The notes beneath the pieces are model-generated. The model had not been told where the DNA came from. It saw only the letters and a program-made list of their open reading frames with translations, and did no database searches. A DNA stretch of 64,000 bases from Hormiphora californensis. Taxonomy: Eukaryota > Animalia > Ctenophora. The DNA is taken from positions 7,192,001 to 7,256,000 of the forward strand of contig CM035357.1 in assembly GCA_020137815.1 (NCBI GenBank), written 5' to 3'. Positions within the stretch are counted from its first letter, which is position 1; every line of letters starts with the position of its first letter. Shown piece by piece: positions 43,087 to 54,394 of this stretch. The position numbers and the translations under genes were made by a program.

Positions 43087-44223
43087 ATGTCAGATGAAGG
43101 AGAACTCAAACTTAACTATCGCGGATTTTCCACGGCCGTGACTTCTACCGCAGCTATCTTCGTTATCATACTTTCTCTTCAAACATTGATCAATGAAGTA
43201 CAAAACAATAACCTGGCGATAATGGAATATGTCGAATACGTTGAAAACACTACAACGAATATCACGATCGATACTATAACAAACGAAACGAGTGAAGAGG
43301 ACCAGAAGGAGGAAGTTTTCATTGTGTTTGTGATTCCAATTGACCCTGCTGATTTTGAGCGGCGCCAAGTGATCCGTGAAACATGGGCTAATCGTTCCAG
43401 TTGGATAGACTACAAGGAGAAGACCAATACGACATCTCCCCAGGACGAGTACTACCGAGAATTTGCCATCATGTTTATTATGGCCGATCCAGATTTGGAA
43501 TATAAAGAGGCTGCAGCTGCCAGGGACAAAGAAGACAGTGATGATGAAACAACTGAAACGGCAGAAGAAGAAAGCGATAATGCTAGTGAGGAAGAAGCTG
43601 AAGATATCAGCGAGTTGTTAAAGGAAGAAGCAGAAAGGTACGGTGATATTTATGATGTGGATGGGCTCGATGAGGGGTATCACCTGATAAAATACAAGGT
43701 TCTCTGGGGCCTGAGACAGAGCCTAGCGCTATACAACGCCACCTATATCATTAAAACGGATGGAGATATTCTTGTCAATATGCCAGTCCTGATTAGGAGA
43801 CTAAAAAGAGAATCACGGACCGGTCTCTACACAGGGCTCTGTCATGGACACAGTCTACCAGCTGATGTTTTGAAGTTTACGGTTACACATGGGAGTATTC
43901 CCAATTGGAGTTACTGCTCAGGAGGAGGGTATATCTTGTCCCGTGATGTGGTGGAGAGAATCATGGAGCTGTCACGGGAGGTTGAACGGATTCCTATCAT
44001 TGCTGAGGATATGTACACGGGGTACCTTGTTGCTAGGTTACAAGAACCAGCAGTGTATGCAGTTAATGATGGTGGATGGTTGAAATTGAATCTGATTAAT
44101 TTAGATCCTATAATTTTGAATACAAAGGTATTTTTTCACGGGCTTAAAAAACTGAAACTTTTTAGATTCATTTTGGACAGTCTCAATGAGGCCCCATTTT
44201 TACCTGCGGCTGATAACCATTAA
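43087..44223 (+). CDS. GT31 beta-1,3-galactosyl/GlcNAc-transferase (type II membrane)
   Basis: N-terminal TM, RRQVIRETW, EAERYGDI, IKTDGD, YCSGGGYILS, EDMYTG. Confidence 0.85.
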   Translation: MSDEGELKLNYRGFSTAVTSTAAIFVIILSLQTLINEVQNNNLAIMEYVEYVENTTTNITIDTITNETSEEDQKEEVFIVFVIPIDPADFERRQVIRETWANRSSWIDYKEKTNTTSPQDEYYREFAIMFIMADPDLEYKEAAAARDKEDSDDETTETAEEESDNASEEEAEDISELLKEEAERYGDIYDVDGLDEGYHLIKYKVLWGLRQSLALYNATYIIKTDGDILVNMPVLIRRLKRESRTGLYTGLCHGHSLPADVLKFTVTHGSIPNWSYCSGGGYILSRDVVERIMELSREVERIPIIAEDMYTGYLVARLQEPAVYAVNDGGWLKLNLINLDPIILNTKVFFHGLKKLKLFRFILDSLNEAPFLPAADNH

Positions 44224-44237
44224 GCACATCATGCTCC

Positions 44238-44378
44238 AAAGTCAGATTTTTGAAGTTGTCAACTTCTCGTACGCTCGTTCTTTTCTGTGCCTATGACATG
44301 TTAACATGTGGTCAAAAAGTGATAAACATCACATACATGTGTGAGTTTGGGGTGACAACTTCAAAAAATCCGACTTTA
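44238..44378. mobile_element. MITE (AAAGTCGGATTTTTTGAA family)
   Basis: TIR AAAGTC(A/G)GATTTTTGAAGTTGTCA ... TGACAACTTCAAAAAATCCGACTTT. Confidence 0.75.
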
Positions 44379-44563
44379 ATTTGTGCGTAACAAATTGTGG
44401 CTTTAAATGTTTTTGGGGAGGGACTTTCTTTCCAGTAACTTTAATATCATTGTTTTGTTCAAACACTTTTTTTTAAATTTTATTCGCTCACGGGGCGCGC
44501 GAATAACAGTCTAACTTGGCAATAATATTAATGGTCTCGCATGAACTGATTATGTATTATATA

Positions 44564-44650
44564 TTTCAAACTTTCAATCAACTACAACGAAAAACTATCT
44601 ATTAGTAATGTGTATTTAATTGTTTAGGGAAAATGATCCATTCGGATTCA
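44564..44650 (+). ncRNA. Putative spliced-leader RNA gene or pseudogene
   Basis: SL-like exon TTTCAAACTTTCAATCAACTACAACGAAAAACTATCTATTAG overlapping GTAATG (donor-like), then Sm-like AATTGTTTAGG and hairpin GATCC-ATTC-GGATTC. Confidence 0.55.
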
Positions 44651-44966
44651 ATACTTATGTGGTGGCAATGCTACAGCGCATGAGTGATGAGGATTGAGGG
44701 GAGCGAGCGCTGATGATCCTGAAGGCTGAAGGCTCCTCTATCGCGTAAGGCCCCAGGTAGAGATTCGAATACTGGAGCCAGTTTCTTGATGCCAGAGATT
44801 CACTCTGCTGCTGACATTGCGCACGGCGCCTACTTTCAATACAATTCACATCGAAATTCCTGCTAGTCATTGAAGATGTCGTGCGCAGCATGGTTCATCA
44901 GGAGTGTCAGTTTCCAATCTGCAACTGGAGCGTAACTTGGAAATATTTACACACTTCACACCGCAC

Positions 44967-45009
44967 AGTTCAAACTTTCATCAACTACAACGTAAAACTA
45001 TTTATTGAG
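44967..45009 (+). other. Second SL-like exon at 5' end of L2-like LINE
   Basis: AGTTCAAACTTTCATCAACTACAACGTAAAACTATTTATTGAG, followed by GCGG (no GT donor). Confidence 0.7.
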
Positions 45010-48000
45010 GCGGCACCCCCCCCTCAATTGTTTCAGTCGTATGTACCTACACTAAGTGGACGAGAGGAACCCGAGACTGTACGATCAACCCGAGAACACC
45101 CCTTCCCCAGAACCACTCCCCCTCCGAACCGAGCCTCACTTGCACTGTGATGACGTCCCTAAACCAAAAAACATTGACAGGGCCCAAGATTCCCTTTGCA
45201 AATTGAAACCTTCTCATCTTTAAAAACTCGGTTCCCAATAAAAGTCCAAAACTTGCCCCCTCAACTGAAAAGGCGGGTGTTTCTCCAAAATACTACCAAA
45301 TCTGTCTTTCATGAAAAAGTGCACTCCTTCCTTTTTTCCCCGTTACCTTCTCCCCCATGCTCCCCAAACTCTCGAAAGTTCCTCGAAAACTTAGGCAAAA
45401 AATGATCTCCAAAAATTTGTTCTCCCCTCTCATTGTTTTTTTAAACAAATCATCGGACCGAACTTCAACGGTGGCCTAAAACTCCCTGTTGAACTGAAGA
45501 CAACTTCCAGCAAAGGAAGGGTTTTCTTTATATTCATCGTGAAGTCTACCATCGTGTGCACATTAAAAGGTGCCCCCATTGTCAAGCTCTTGGGCACTAT
45601 CCCGACCAATGCCCAAAACGATTTGCATCCTGCTACCTGCATGTACTGTGCTGAAAAACATCCAACAAATGATTGCCCGGTAAAAGAAGACACGGAGAAG
45701 CATCAGTGTAAAAACTGTCTACATTCCAGTCGTTCCAACCCAGATATCCCAGTCCATCATGCTGGTTCATCAAAATGCCCCACCTATAAAGAACAGTACG
45801 ATAAGCTCTCAAAAAAACTACCGTCTTTCGCAGCTCCCTGCACTCAAATACGGAAATCTAAACTGCCGATCGATGAATAACAAGCTCATTGACATCTGTG
45901 AAACGTTCCACGACCTTGGTCTGGATTTTTTCCCTTAAAAGACCTGGGGGAATGGCACATCGTTACTCCCTGAGTGATGAAAGTTTGGGTTAAACCCCTC
46001 TTATTCTCAAGAGGAAACGAGGGGGGGGTTGCTATTCTTGCAAAAAAAAAGCATAAAAATCCGTACTGTGAAACTAATAAAACCCCAAAAACCTTTAAAA
46101 ATCTACACTACCGTTAAGGAGGAAACCCCCAAAAGGACAACTAGGGTTGAAATTCGGGCCACCTTCTACCTCAAAAAAAGATTTCTGATTGAGTTTGAGG
46201 AATACTTTCCTCTAAATGGACAATGGTCTCCCTTTTTTTGGAATTTCAAACATCCACACTGAGGATGAAAACGATCCAAACGTCAAAAGCCTTTACAATT
46301 TTCTTATAAGATGGATAAAACCTGGAAAAACCCTACGCAGTCGCTGGAGGGACTTGACCTGCATCACGAGACGATGAGCTCCCACCAATCATGCTATAGG
46401 TCGCGAAATCGCATTTTGATATTTGCATAACCCTTTCCCATTCCATGTGGTAAAACCTACACCAGAAAAAAATGGTAACAGCAGAAAGATGAAAAAACGT
46501 AACCCTGGAGGCCCTTTCTTCTAAAATAGCAGATTCCTCGCTAGTCTACCCGCTGAGACCTACTGAACTAGAAGACTGCTTACGGCTGTATTATGATACT
46601 CTGATGAATATCCTCGATGAATTAGCCCCAGTTGAGGAGATGACTGTTAAAGAATCAGATAATCCACCCTGGTACACTAAAGAGTGTGTTGATGCCAAAC
46701 GAACTCGCAGAAAATACGAGAGAGCGTTCAAAAACTGCCCTTAAGAAAGCTAAGAAGAAATCGGACTACAGCGATGCATGGATAGCCCTGAAAAACTTCA
46801 CCGATGAAACTTCTAGGTTATTACGAAAACCAGAGTATCCTACTACCGTGAAAAACTGAAACTGGTTGCTGATGATCCAGCAGCGGTAAGCGGTATCATA
46901 AACAAGCTTCTTGGTAAAGACAAGATCCCTCAGGAACTACCAAGTGGATGGTCGGATGAAGAAGCAGCGAACAAATTTAGTGCTTACTTTAAATCAAAGA
47001 TCGAAAACATCTATGAGATGATTAAAGTCGAGAAAGCACTTAATGGATGTGTTCCTGACCTTTCCGAGGAAACCACCTTTAAAGGAAATTCCTTCTCCTC
47101 TTTCAAGAAAGTGAGTGATGAGGATCTCACTGCTATTATAACGTCGATGAGCAAGAAGCACTGTGATCTTGATCCGATACCTACTCGAACTCTAGTTGGA
47201 CTCTTACCGCAACTATTACCTATTATATCTGACATTGTCAATGGAAGCCTTCAAGAGGGAAGATTCCCTGAAATGCTGAAACAATCCCTGGTTAGGCCAT
47301 CTTTCAAGAAAAAGGACAGTCCCGAGGATATGAAGAATTACCGTCCTGTTTCTAATTTATCCTTCATCTCGAAGATCATCGAGAAATGTGCGGCGGCCCA
47401 ATTAACTGAGCATCTGGAGGAGAATATTTGTTTCCAGGAGTGCAATCAGCTTACAGAACACATCACAGCACTGAGACCACTCTTGTGAAGGTGGTCAACG
47501 ATCTCCTGCTCATTACTGACGAGAAATCCAAGGCAATCCTAGTACTTTTAGACTTGAGCGCTGCTTTCGATACCATCAATCACAAGATACTCCTGGGGAA
47601 GCTGAAAAAGGAACTATGGTGTGACAGGGACTGCTCTCTCTTGGTTGAGTCCTACCTGACGGACAGAAAGGCCTCGGTAAAAGTTGGAAACTCGACCTCA
47701 TCGCCAGTGGCTATAACCATCGGAGTTCCTCAAGGATCCATCTTAGGGCCCCTTTTGTTCATTCTCTATACCAAAGAACTTGAGAGTATCGCTAAGCACT
47801 ATGGTTTACTAGTAGAGCTATATGCTGACGATACGCAGCTCTATGTTTCATTTACCAACAACAAACTAGTTGACTTGGAAAAGACACTTCAGGAATGTCT
47901 CAACCATATCAAGGTGTGGATGGCAGACAACTTTCTTCGACTAAATCCTTCGAAAACTGAATTCATCGTTCTTAGAAACAAACACGACAAAGAAGCGAAT

Positions 48001-48537
48001 CCAGAAGCTATAAAAGCACTAGACGACCAAGATCCATCTGTTCCAGCCCCACTGGTGCGAAACCTTGGTGTTTTCCTTGATTCGGAGCTTTCACTAACTG
48101 GAAACGTTTCAAAAAACAGTAAGAGCATGCAATCTGTGTCTCCTGAATCTTTGGAAGATAGGTAATACACTAACTATCGACCTCAAAGTGAAGCTAGTCA
48201 ACACCCTTGTACACAGTAGGCTTGATTACTGCAATAGTCTACTTGCGGGAGCATCTGCTAAAGACCTCGGGAGGTTACAAAAGGTTCAAAACGCTGCCAC
48301 AAGATTCATCACGGGACGCCGATCTCTTCATAGCACATCAGACATTCGAAAACAGCTTCATTTTCTACCGGTTAAGGAAAGAATTAACTACAAGCTATGC
48401 TTATTGACCTACAAAGCCCTAAACGGTCTAGCACCGACGTATCTTTCTGAACTGGTACAGCGTCGGAAGCACAAGCTGAAGAATCTCCGGCGTGATATGG
48501 ACATAACATATCTTGAAAGGAAATACACCCGTTATTG

Positions 48538-49563
48538 TGACACCTGCCATTTGTAATACGTTTCTCGATTGTTACTCTTGTCAATTTGGTCTGGAAATGG
48601 CATCTCATTTCCCCTTTCTAACTCTACTAATTCACTTTATTCACTTCACAATCCCTTCTGAATGTTCCCCCTAGCAATTATCAGAGTGATTACGTCTCGA
48701 TGTTTTGTCCCGTCCCCTCTCTTCAGATAAAATCTCACACTTGGCACTCTTCTCTATTCTCTCCCTACCTCCCACCCCCTCCGCCCCGCCCCCTCCACCC
48801 CCGCCCCACCTCCCCCACCCCTGCCCTTCCCAATTTAGGGCACTTTGTTACACAGGCCACTACAGCGACAATCCTTGTGTTTTGGTGCACTAAGTCGCTT
48901 ATCGCGTGTAACAGTTATCACTGGTCTTATCTATATTATCCGACTTGTCTTCTAGAACATTTTACACTCTACGTTGGTACTGCCCCACGCCTTATTTGTG
49001 TTTGATCGTCTTTTATCTTTACCTGTAATTGAAAGGAATACACCTCTCACCTTATCACCAACAACATCACGGTATCAATCATACATCAAATACTGTAAGT
49101 TCATCTGTCTGTATTGACTGTTCATTCATTGTGTACAATTGATAATGTTACCGGATTTAACCTTACCTACAAATTATTTAATTAGAGCTACTATAGACAG
49201 ACTACCCCAGACCCAAGCTTGAGAAGTGTCCACTCGACGGACCGTCGTCGTAACAAACAAACGAACAGGCTTACTTGCACAGCCACCCAAGCTTGAAAAT
49301 TTGCCCCCTAACTTGTCATGTTGCTTATTCGCAAGATAACTGCAAATGTCCTCACGGGGCGGAGATGCGAAGAGTGCAACCGACCTTTAACCGTGGGGGC
49401 TGCGTAAGTGTCTGGCAAGTACAATGACTGACTGACATTAAGAATGCCATGATATTAACTGACCACAACACGATGACAGACGCTATGACGAGGTTGCAAT
49501 GTCGTTCTGCCCTAACGGGCAGAGTTTGGCACGCTATAACCTATCTGTACCACCACCACCACC
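48538..49563 (+). mobile_element. About 1-kb non-coding insertion with 13-bp TSD and (CAC)n end
   Basis: ACACCCGTTATTG at 48525-48537 and 49564-49576; the LINE ORF2 resumes in frame after removal (RKYTRYC-SSKGAFSVAAP). Confidence 0.85.
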
Positions 49564-50566
49564 ACACCCGTTATTGCTCGAGCAAAGGAGCCTTTAGTGT
49601 CGCTGCGCCAGCAGTGTGGAACGACCTGCCGAAACTTCTACGTGAAAATACATCCGTCCTATCCTTTAAAGCCAACCTAAAGACTCACTTCTTCAAAAAA
49701 GCCTACAAATGTTGAAGGACCCATTTTCGGTATGAAACATGGACAATTGTGACAGAGTGATGTGTATGAGTATATGTAACGTGTGTAGCGTGAACTAAGT
49801 GAAGCTGGAATGGTCAGTATTTATTTTTTTTCCTCTCTTTCCTCTATCCTCTAAACTGACCCTTACTGCTAATGATTGGTTTGTTTATTTTGTAACATTT
49901 GATATCAAAAGGGAAAAAAAAAGAAAAAAAAAAAAAAAAAAAAAAGGACAACAACAAAAAAGCGAGAAAAACGTGTGAATATAAAAAACATCCCAATGAA
50001 AAAAAAAAAAAAAAAAAAAAAAAAGTTGTCCTAAAAAAAAAAAAGAAAAAGAGAGCTTGCGAGAAAATAGAATGATATGTGAGGACTTGTAAGTGTTTAA
50101 GCAGTTGGCAAGTGGCTTCTACTACTCCAAATTGGTCAACTGAATTACTGGAAATTGGAAATGCTACATGATACATCTTCTTCGAGCATTTTATGTGCAA
50201 CTAAGCACACAGGTTTCAGTATAGGTATCCTAGTATCAGTATCCCCGATAGGGGCGGTCTTCAATTTGCTTCTTTTGGATCTTTTAGATCCTTCAAGGAT
50301 ATTATATGCACTACTGCATTTTCTGCAGTGATAGGATCCCCTAAATTATTTTCTCAACCTTCCAAATATATTAACAAAACATCTTTCAGAAGATAAGAAA
50401 AAATCATAATCTTGTAGTAAAACTAGCCGCTTTTGGAGCGAGGGCTGTTGGGGATGAAAGAGGATGGAATGATGAATTTTTCTTCTTCCAACAGCAGAAC
50501 TTGTGCTGAACCGTAAAACGGACAGTTAAAGAGCGGACTATAAATGTTTATTTTGTATTGTATTGT

Positions 50567-50864
50567 ATAGGGATCCCTAAAAAAGTTCAGTATTTACACA
50601 GAGTTTACACAGTCTTTACTCAGTCGTTACACCCAGAGCGCCCGCGCCGCTCTGGGTGTAACGACTGCGTCTTTCGCACTCGATTTGCAGCGTTTTCGGA
50701 AACTTTTTCCGCCGCAGCGCTCAATTTTGTCAATTGTGCAGCACACAATCCAATATTTTCTTGGGAAAAGCCACTGTGCGCAGCACGCGCCGCTCTGGGT
50801 GTAACGACTGAGTAAAGACTGTGTAAACTCTGTGTAAATACTGAACTTTTTTAGGGATCCCTAT
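50567..50864. mobile_element. Foldback MITE
   Basis: About 75-bp arms ATAGGGATCCCTAAAAAAGTTCAGTATTTACACAGAG...; one-ended copy at 51392-51480. Confidence 0.85.
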
Positions 50865-50866
50865 TG

Positions 50867-51270
50867 TAAAGTCGGATTTTTTGAAGTTGTCACCCCAAAA
50901 TGACCGCGCATGTGAAATTTATCAATTTTGACGCGCACACCACACGTTAACATGTGATGTGACGCGCAAAAACATTCCGCGCACGAGAAGGGGGGTGACA
51001 ACTTCAAAAAATCCGACTTTATTGTATAAAAAATTGTGAAAGTTTAAAGTCGGATTTTTTGAAACTGTCACCCCCCTGAAATAACAAAACTTGCCATATC
51101 TCCGGTTCCTGATAAGATAGAGACTTGAAATTTGGAGGTTCGGAAGAACTTAGCAAGATCTTCGTAACCTCCAAATTTCAAGTCTCTATCTCGTCAGAAA
51201 CCGGATTTATGGTCATTTACGAAATTTGAAAATACCCAGGGGGGTGACAGTTTCAAAAAATCCGACTTTA
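50867..51270. mobile_element. Two adjacent MITEs (50867-51021 and 51045-51270) of the TAAAGTCGGATTTTTTGAA family
   Basis: Each is bounded by TAAAGTCGGATTTTTTGAA...TTCAAAAAATCCGACTTTA. Confidence 0.85.
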
Positions 51271-51854
51271 AAAAAGTGCGCCTCGCACCGCGCCGGCCCC
51301 GCCCAACAAGAAATTCTTGGCGCGCGGCTCAGATAGCTAAAATTCGGCTGCGCTTTACTGGAGACCATTCGCGCGTTACAGTTTGTACAAGAGGGATCCC
51401 TAAAAAAGTTCAGAGTTTACACAGAGTTTACACAGTCTTTACTCAGTCATTACACCCAGAGCGGCGCGTGCTGCGCGTTTCTTGATTTTCGCGCGGGTTC
51501 TTTTTGCGCGTACCAAATACTCCCGCGCAACTAGCAAGTACTGGTTTTAACAATTTGGTTACCGCGCGCTACATGAACGTACAGAGCGAGTGTTGAGATA
51601 CAACTCCCGTTGGCGGCCGTTGTTGTTTCTCTCGCACCAAAGATTGAAGCGACAATTGATCATCGCTATTTGCTACCGTCCCAGGCCTCTGCACTGTGTA
51701 ACCACCGATAAATCAATGTTTGTAACAAATTTAAATACGAGTAATTTTGTCGAGTTAATAGAATTATGCTCATAACAACAATATTAATCACATTACTAAA
51801 AGAAAGAGATGTCAGATGGGCGAAGAAGTATTAGTTTTTTATCGTGGTCAACAT

Positions 51855-52086
51855 TTAAAATGAGTACGGAAAACAATGAAAGTTCAAATATTTCAAACAC
51901 TCATTCAAGGGCTTCGCCAACACAGGAATAATCCCGTTATGACAGGCGACACCCAGAGTCCTACACACACGGTTGTTCTCTCCTTGTGCCACATTGAACT
52001 GTTGCCGTCCACCCCACAGGCCAGTTGGCATCTGCATCGTTACACCTGGAGAAGAAACTTATTAGCCAGGCACGGTCAGCAGTCCG

Positions 52087-52161
<75 letters not shown>

Positions 52162-53044
52162 CTCTCTCTCTCTCTCTCTCACTCATTTTCTCTCTCTCAC
52201 TCTCTCCTTCTCTCTCTCTCCTTCTCTCTCTCACTCTCTGTATGATGTAATGTATATCTGTTTATTACCTGGAGGTAGAATATCTGTTATAAGGAACCCT
52301 TTATCCACAAGTATTTGATCTCCAGGTTGGAACTGCGTTAAAATTCCTGTCGCCTCCACTATCTGTTTATCGGTTGACCCCCAGGGTTAGTCGGACTGAT
52401 ATAGGTAATTGCACCGTATGGTGCTATTGGTTACGAAGTCACCCCTATTATTGCATATAGGGGTGACAATACCGCCTACCTAAAAATGAAAATTTACGGG
52501 ACCTTCTCATAAAAAGTTATCGAAAACTTGTCTAAAACCTATCTAAAACGTATGGTACTAGTTTGTATAGTAACCAGGACCTAAATTCTACAGAAAGTAA
52601 CGACCGGTAGCGATTACACCACATGTTTAACAACAGAGGTGTGTCGCATAACTCCTTATATGGGCATAAAATTCCAATCTTGTGGAATTTATTCTGACTC
52701 GACTATAGCTTAGTTATCAATGAATCCACCTCTAATACCTTTGGAATGGCATTTTGCACATTTCTGAAGCTTTTTGTAGCCAAATTCCAGCATCTTCATA
52801 GTTTTCCAAAAACAAAAACAGTGTTAATGGCCAAAATATCGAAAAATTCCGGTATGTAATGGTAGCTCAGACAATTTCCTCGGTATGTTCAAAAAATTAG
52901 AACTTTCTGTTTTGTAGTTTGGACACAGGAATTTTTTTCCCGCCGTACAAGCGATATTATTACCCCTCCGTGAGCTAGCGCAGAGGGGGAATTTCATTAC
53001 CAAATGGTGCTATTACTACCAAGAATTTCATCGTGTGATGACCT
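51855..53044 (-). pseudogene. PIF/Harbinger (DDE_Tnp_4) transposase relic with introns
   Basis: After removing the 52427-53003 insert: GHHTMKFLVVIAPYGAITYISPTNPG-STDKQIVEATGILTQFQPGDQILVDKGFLITDILPP|GVTMQMPTGLWGGRQQF. Confidence 0.75.
52427..53003. mobile_element. Non-autonomous DNA transposon with 9-bp TSD (Mutator/Merlin-like)
   Basis: TSD ATGGTGCTA at 52418-52426 and 53004-53012; imperfect TIR TTGGTTACGAAGTCACCCCT / AGGGGGAATTTCATTACCAA. Confidence 0.7.
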
Positions 53045-53239
53045 GCAGAGGGGGTGAACGATTAATTTTTTTAACCGTAGCTCCACCCATAACATAACAA
53101 TTGGATAGGGATTTCAATGTCATTTATGAAGAAGGGGTCTTGCAAAAATATGTGACCCTAGTTTTACAACTAAAATACAAAGAGATTCGCTCACCGTCCC
53201 TTCAGCCCTTCCCACCCCCCCCCCCCCTACAGAGTGAGA

Positions 53240-53287
<48 letters not shown>

Positions 53288-53404
53288 GAGAGAGATAAGA
53301 GAGCGAAGAGAGAGAAAAAAAACGAACTCGTGATAGTAAGGAAATTAGAGATTAAAAGTTTAATCTCTTATCAGTGCACTACAGTAGAAGATTGGCGGAA
53401 TCGC

Positions 53405-54155
53405 CCTACCCAACCCCCAATTTTTTTTTTAAAAAAAAAAAAAAATTAAAAAAAATTGGGGTTTTCCCCCCCCCCCTTTTTTTTTCCCCCCCCCTTTTTT
53501 TTAAAAATTTTTTTTTTTTTCCCCCCCCTTTTTTTTTTTTTTTTCCCCCCCCCTTTTTCCCCCCTTTTCCCCCCCTTCCCCCTTTTCCCCCCCCCCTTTT
53601 GGGCGTTTCCCGGGGGGGGAAAAATTTTAAATTTTTTAAAAAAAAACCCCAAAAACCCAAAAAAAATTAAAAAAGGGGAAAAAAGGGGGAAAAAAAAATT
53701 TTTAAAAAACCCCCAAAAAAACCGGGGGCCGGGGTTTTTTGGGGGAAAAAAAAGAGGGGGCCCCCTTTTTTTTTTTGGGGGTTTTTTTTTTTTTCCCCCC
53801 CCCCTTTTTTTTTTCCCCCCCCCAAAAAAAAAATTTAAAAAAAAAATTTTTTTTTTTTCCCCCCCCCAAAAAACCCCCCCCCTTTTCCCCCCCCCCCTTT
53901 TTTTCCCCTTTTTTTTTCCCAAAAACCCCTCCCCCCCTTTAAAACCCCTTTGGGCCTTTTGGGTTTTTTTAAACCCTTTTCCCCCAAAAAAACTTTAAAA
54001 AAAAAACCTTTTTTTTTTAAACCCCCCCCCCTTAAAAAAAATTTTTCCCCCCCTTTTTTAAAGAAAAAAAAAAAAAATTTTTTTTTAAAATTTTTTTAAA
54101 AAAAGGGGCCCAAAGGGAAAACCCCTTTTCCCCCCCCCCCAAAAAAAAAATTTTT

Positions 54156-54186
<31 letters not shown>

Positions 54187-54356
54187 GGGGGGAAAAAAAA
54201 AAGGTTTTTTTTTTAAAAAAAATTTTAAAAATTTTTTTTTGGGCCCCCCAAAAAAAAAAAAGGGGAAAAAAAAAAAACCCCCCCGGGGGGGAAAAGGGGG
54301 GAAAAAAAAGGGCCCGGGGGGGGGGAAAAAAGGGGTTCCCCGGGGGGGGAAAAAAA

Positions 54357-54394
<38 letters not shown>

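Larger units (their letters stand above)
44967..49800 (+). mobile_element. L2/Crack-like LINE (ORF1 zinc knuckles, APE, RT), frameshifted
   Basis: RCPHCQALGH..C, CMYCAEKH...C, CKNC..H..C; RGGGVAIL; DPIPT, KNYRPVSNL, QSAYR.HHSTET, LDLSAAFD, GVPQGSILGP, YADDTQLY, SRLDYCNSLL, WNDLP..FKANLKTHFF. Confidence 0.9.

Noticed and set aside
50060-50520. Possible coding remnant on the - strand
   Set aside because: No sustained frame or recognisable motif.
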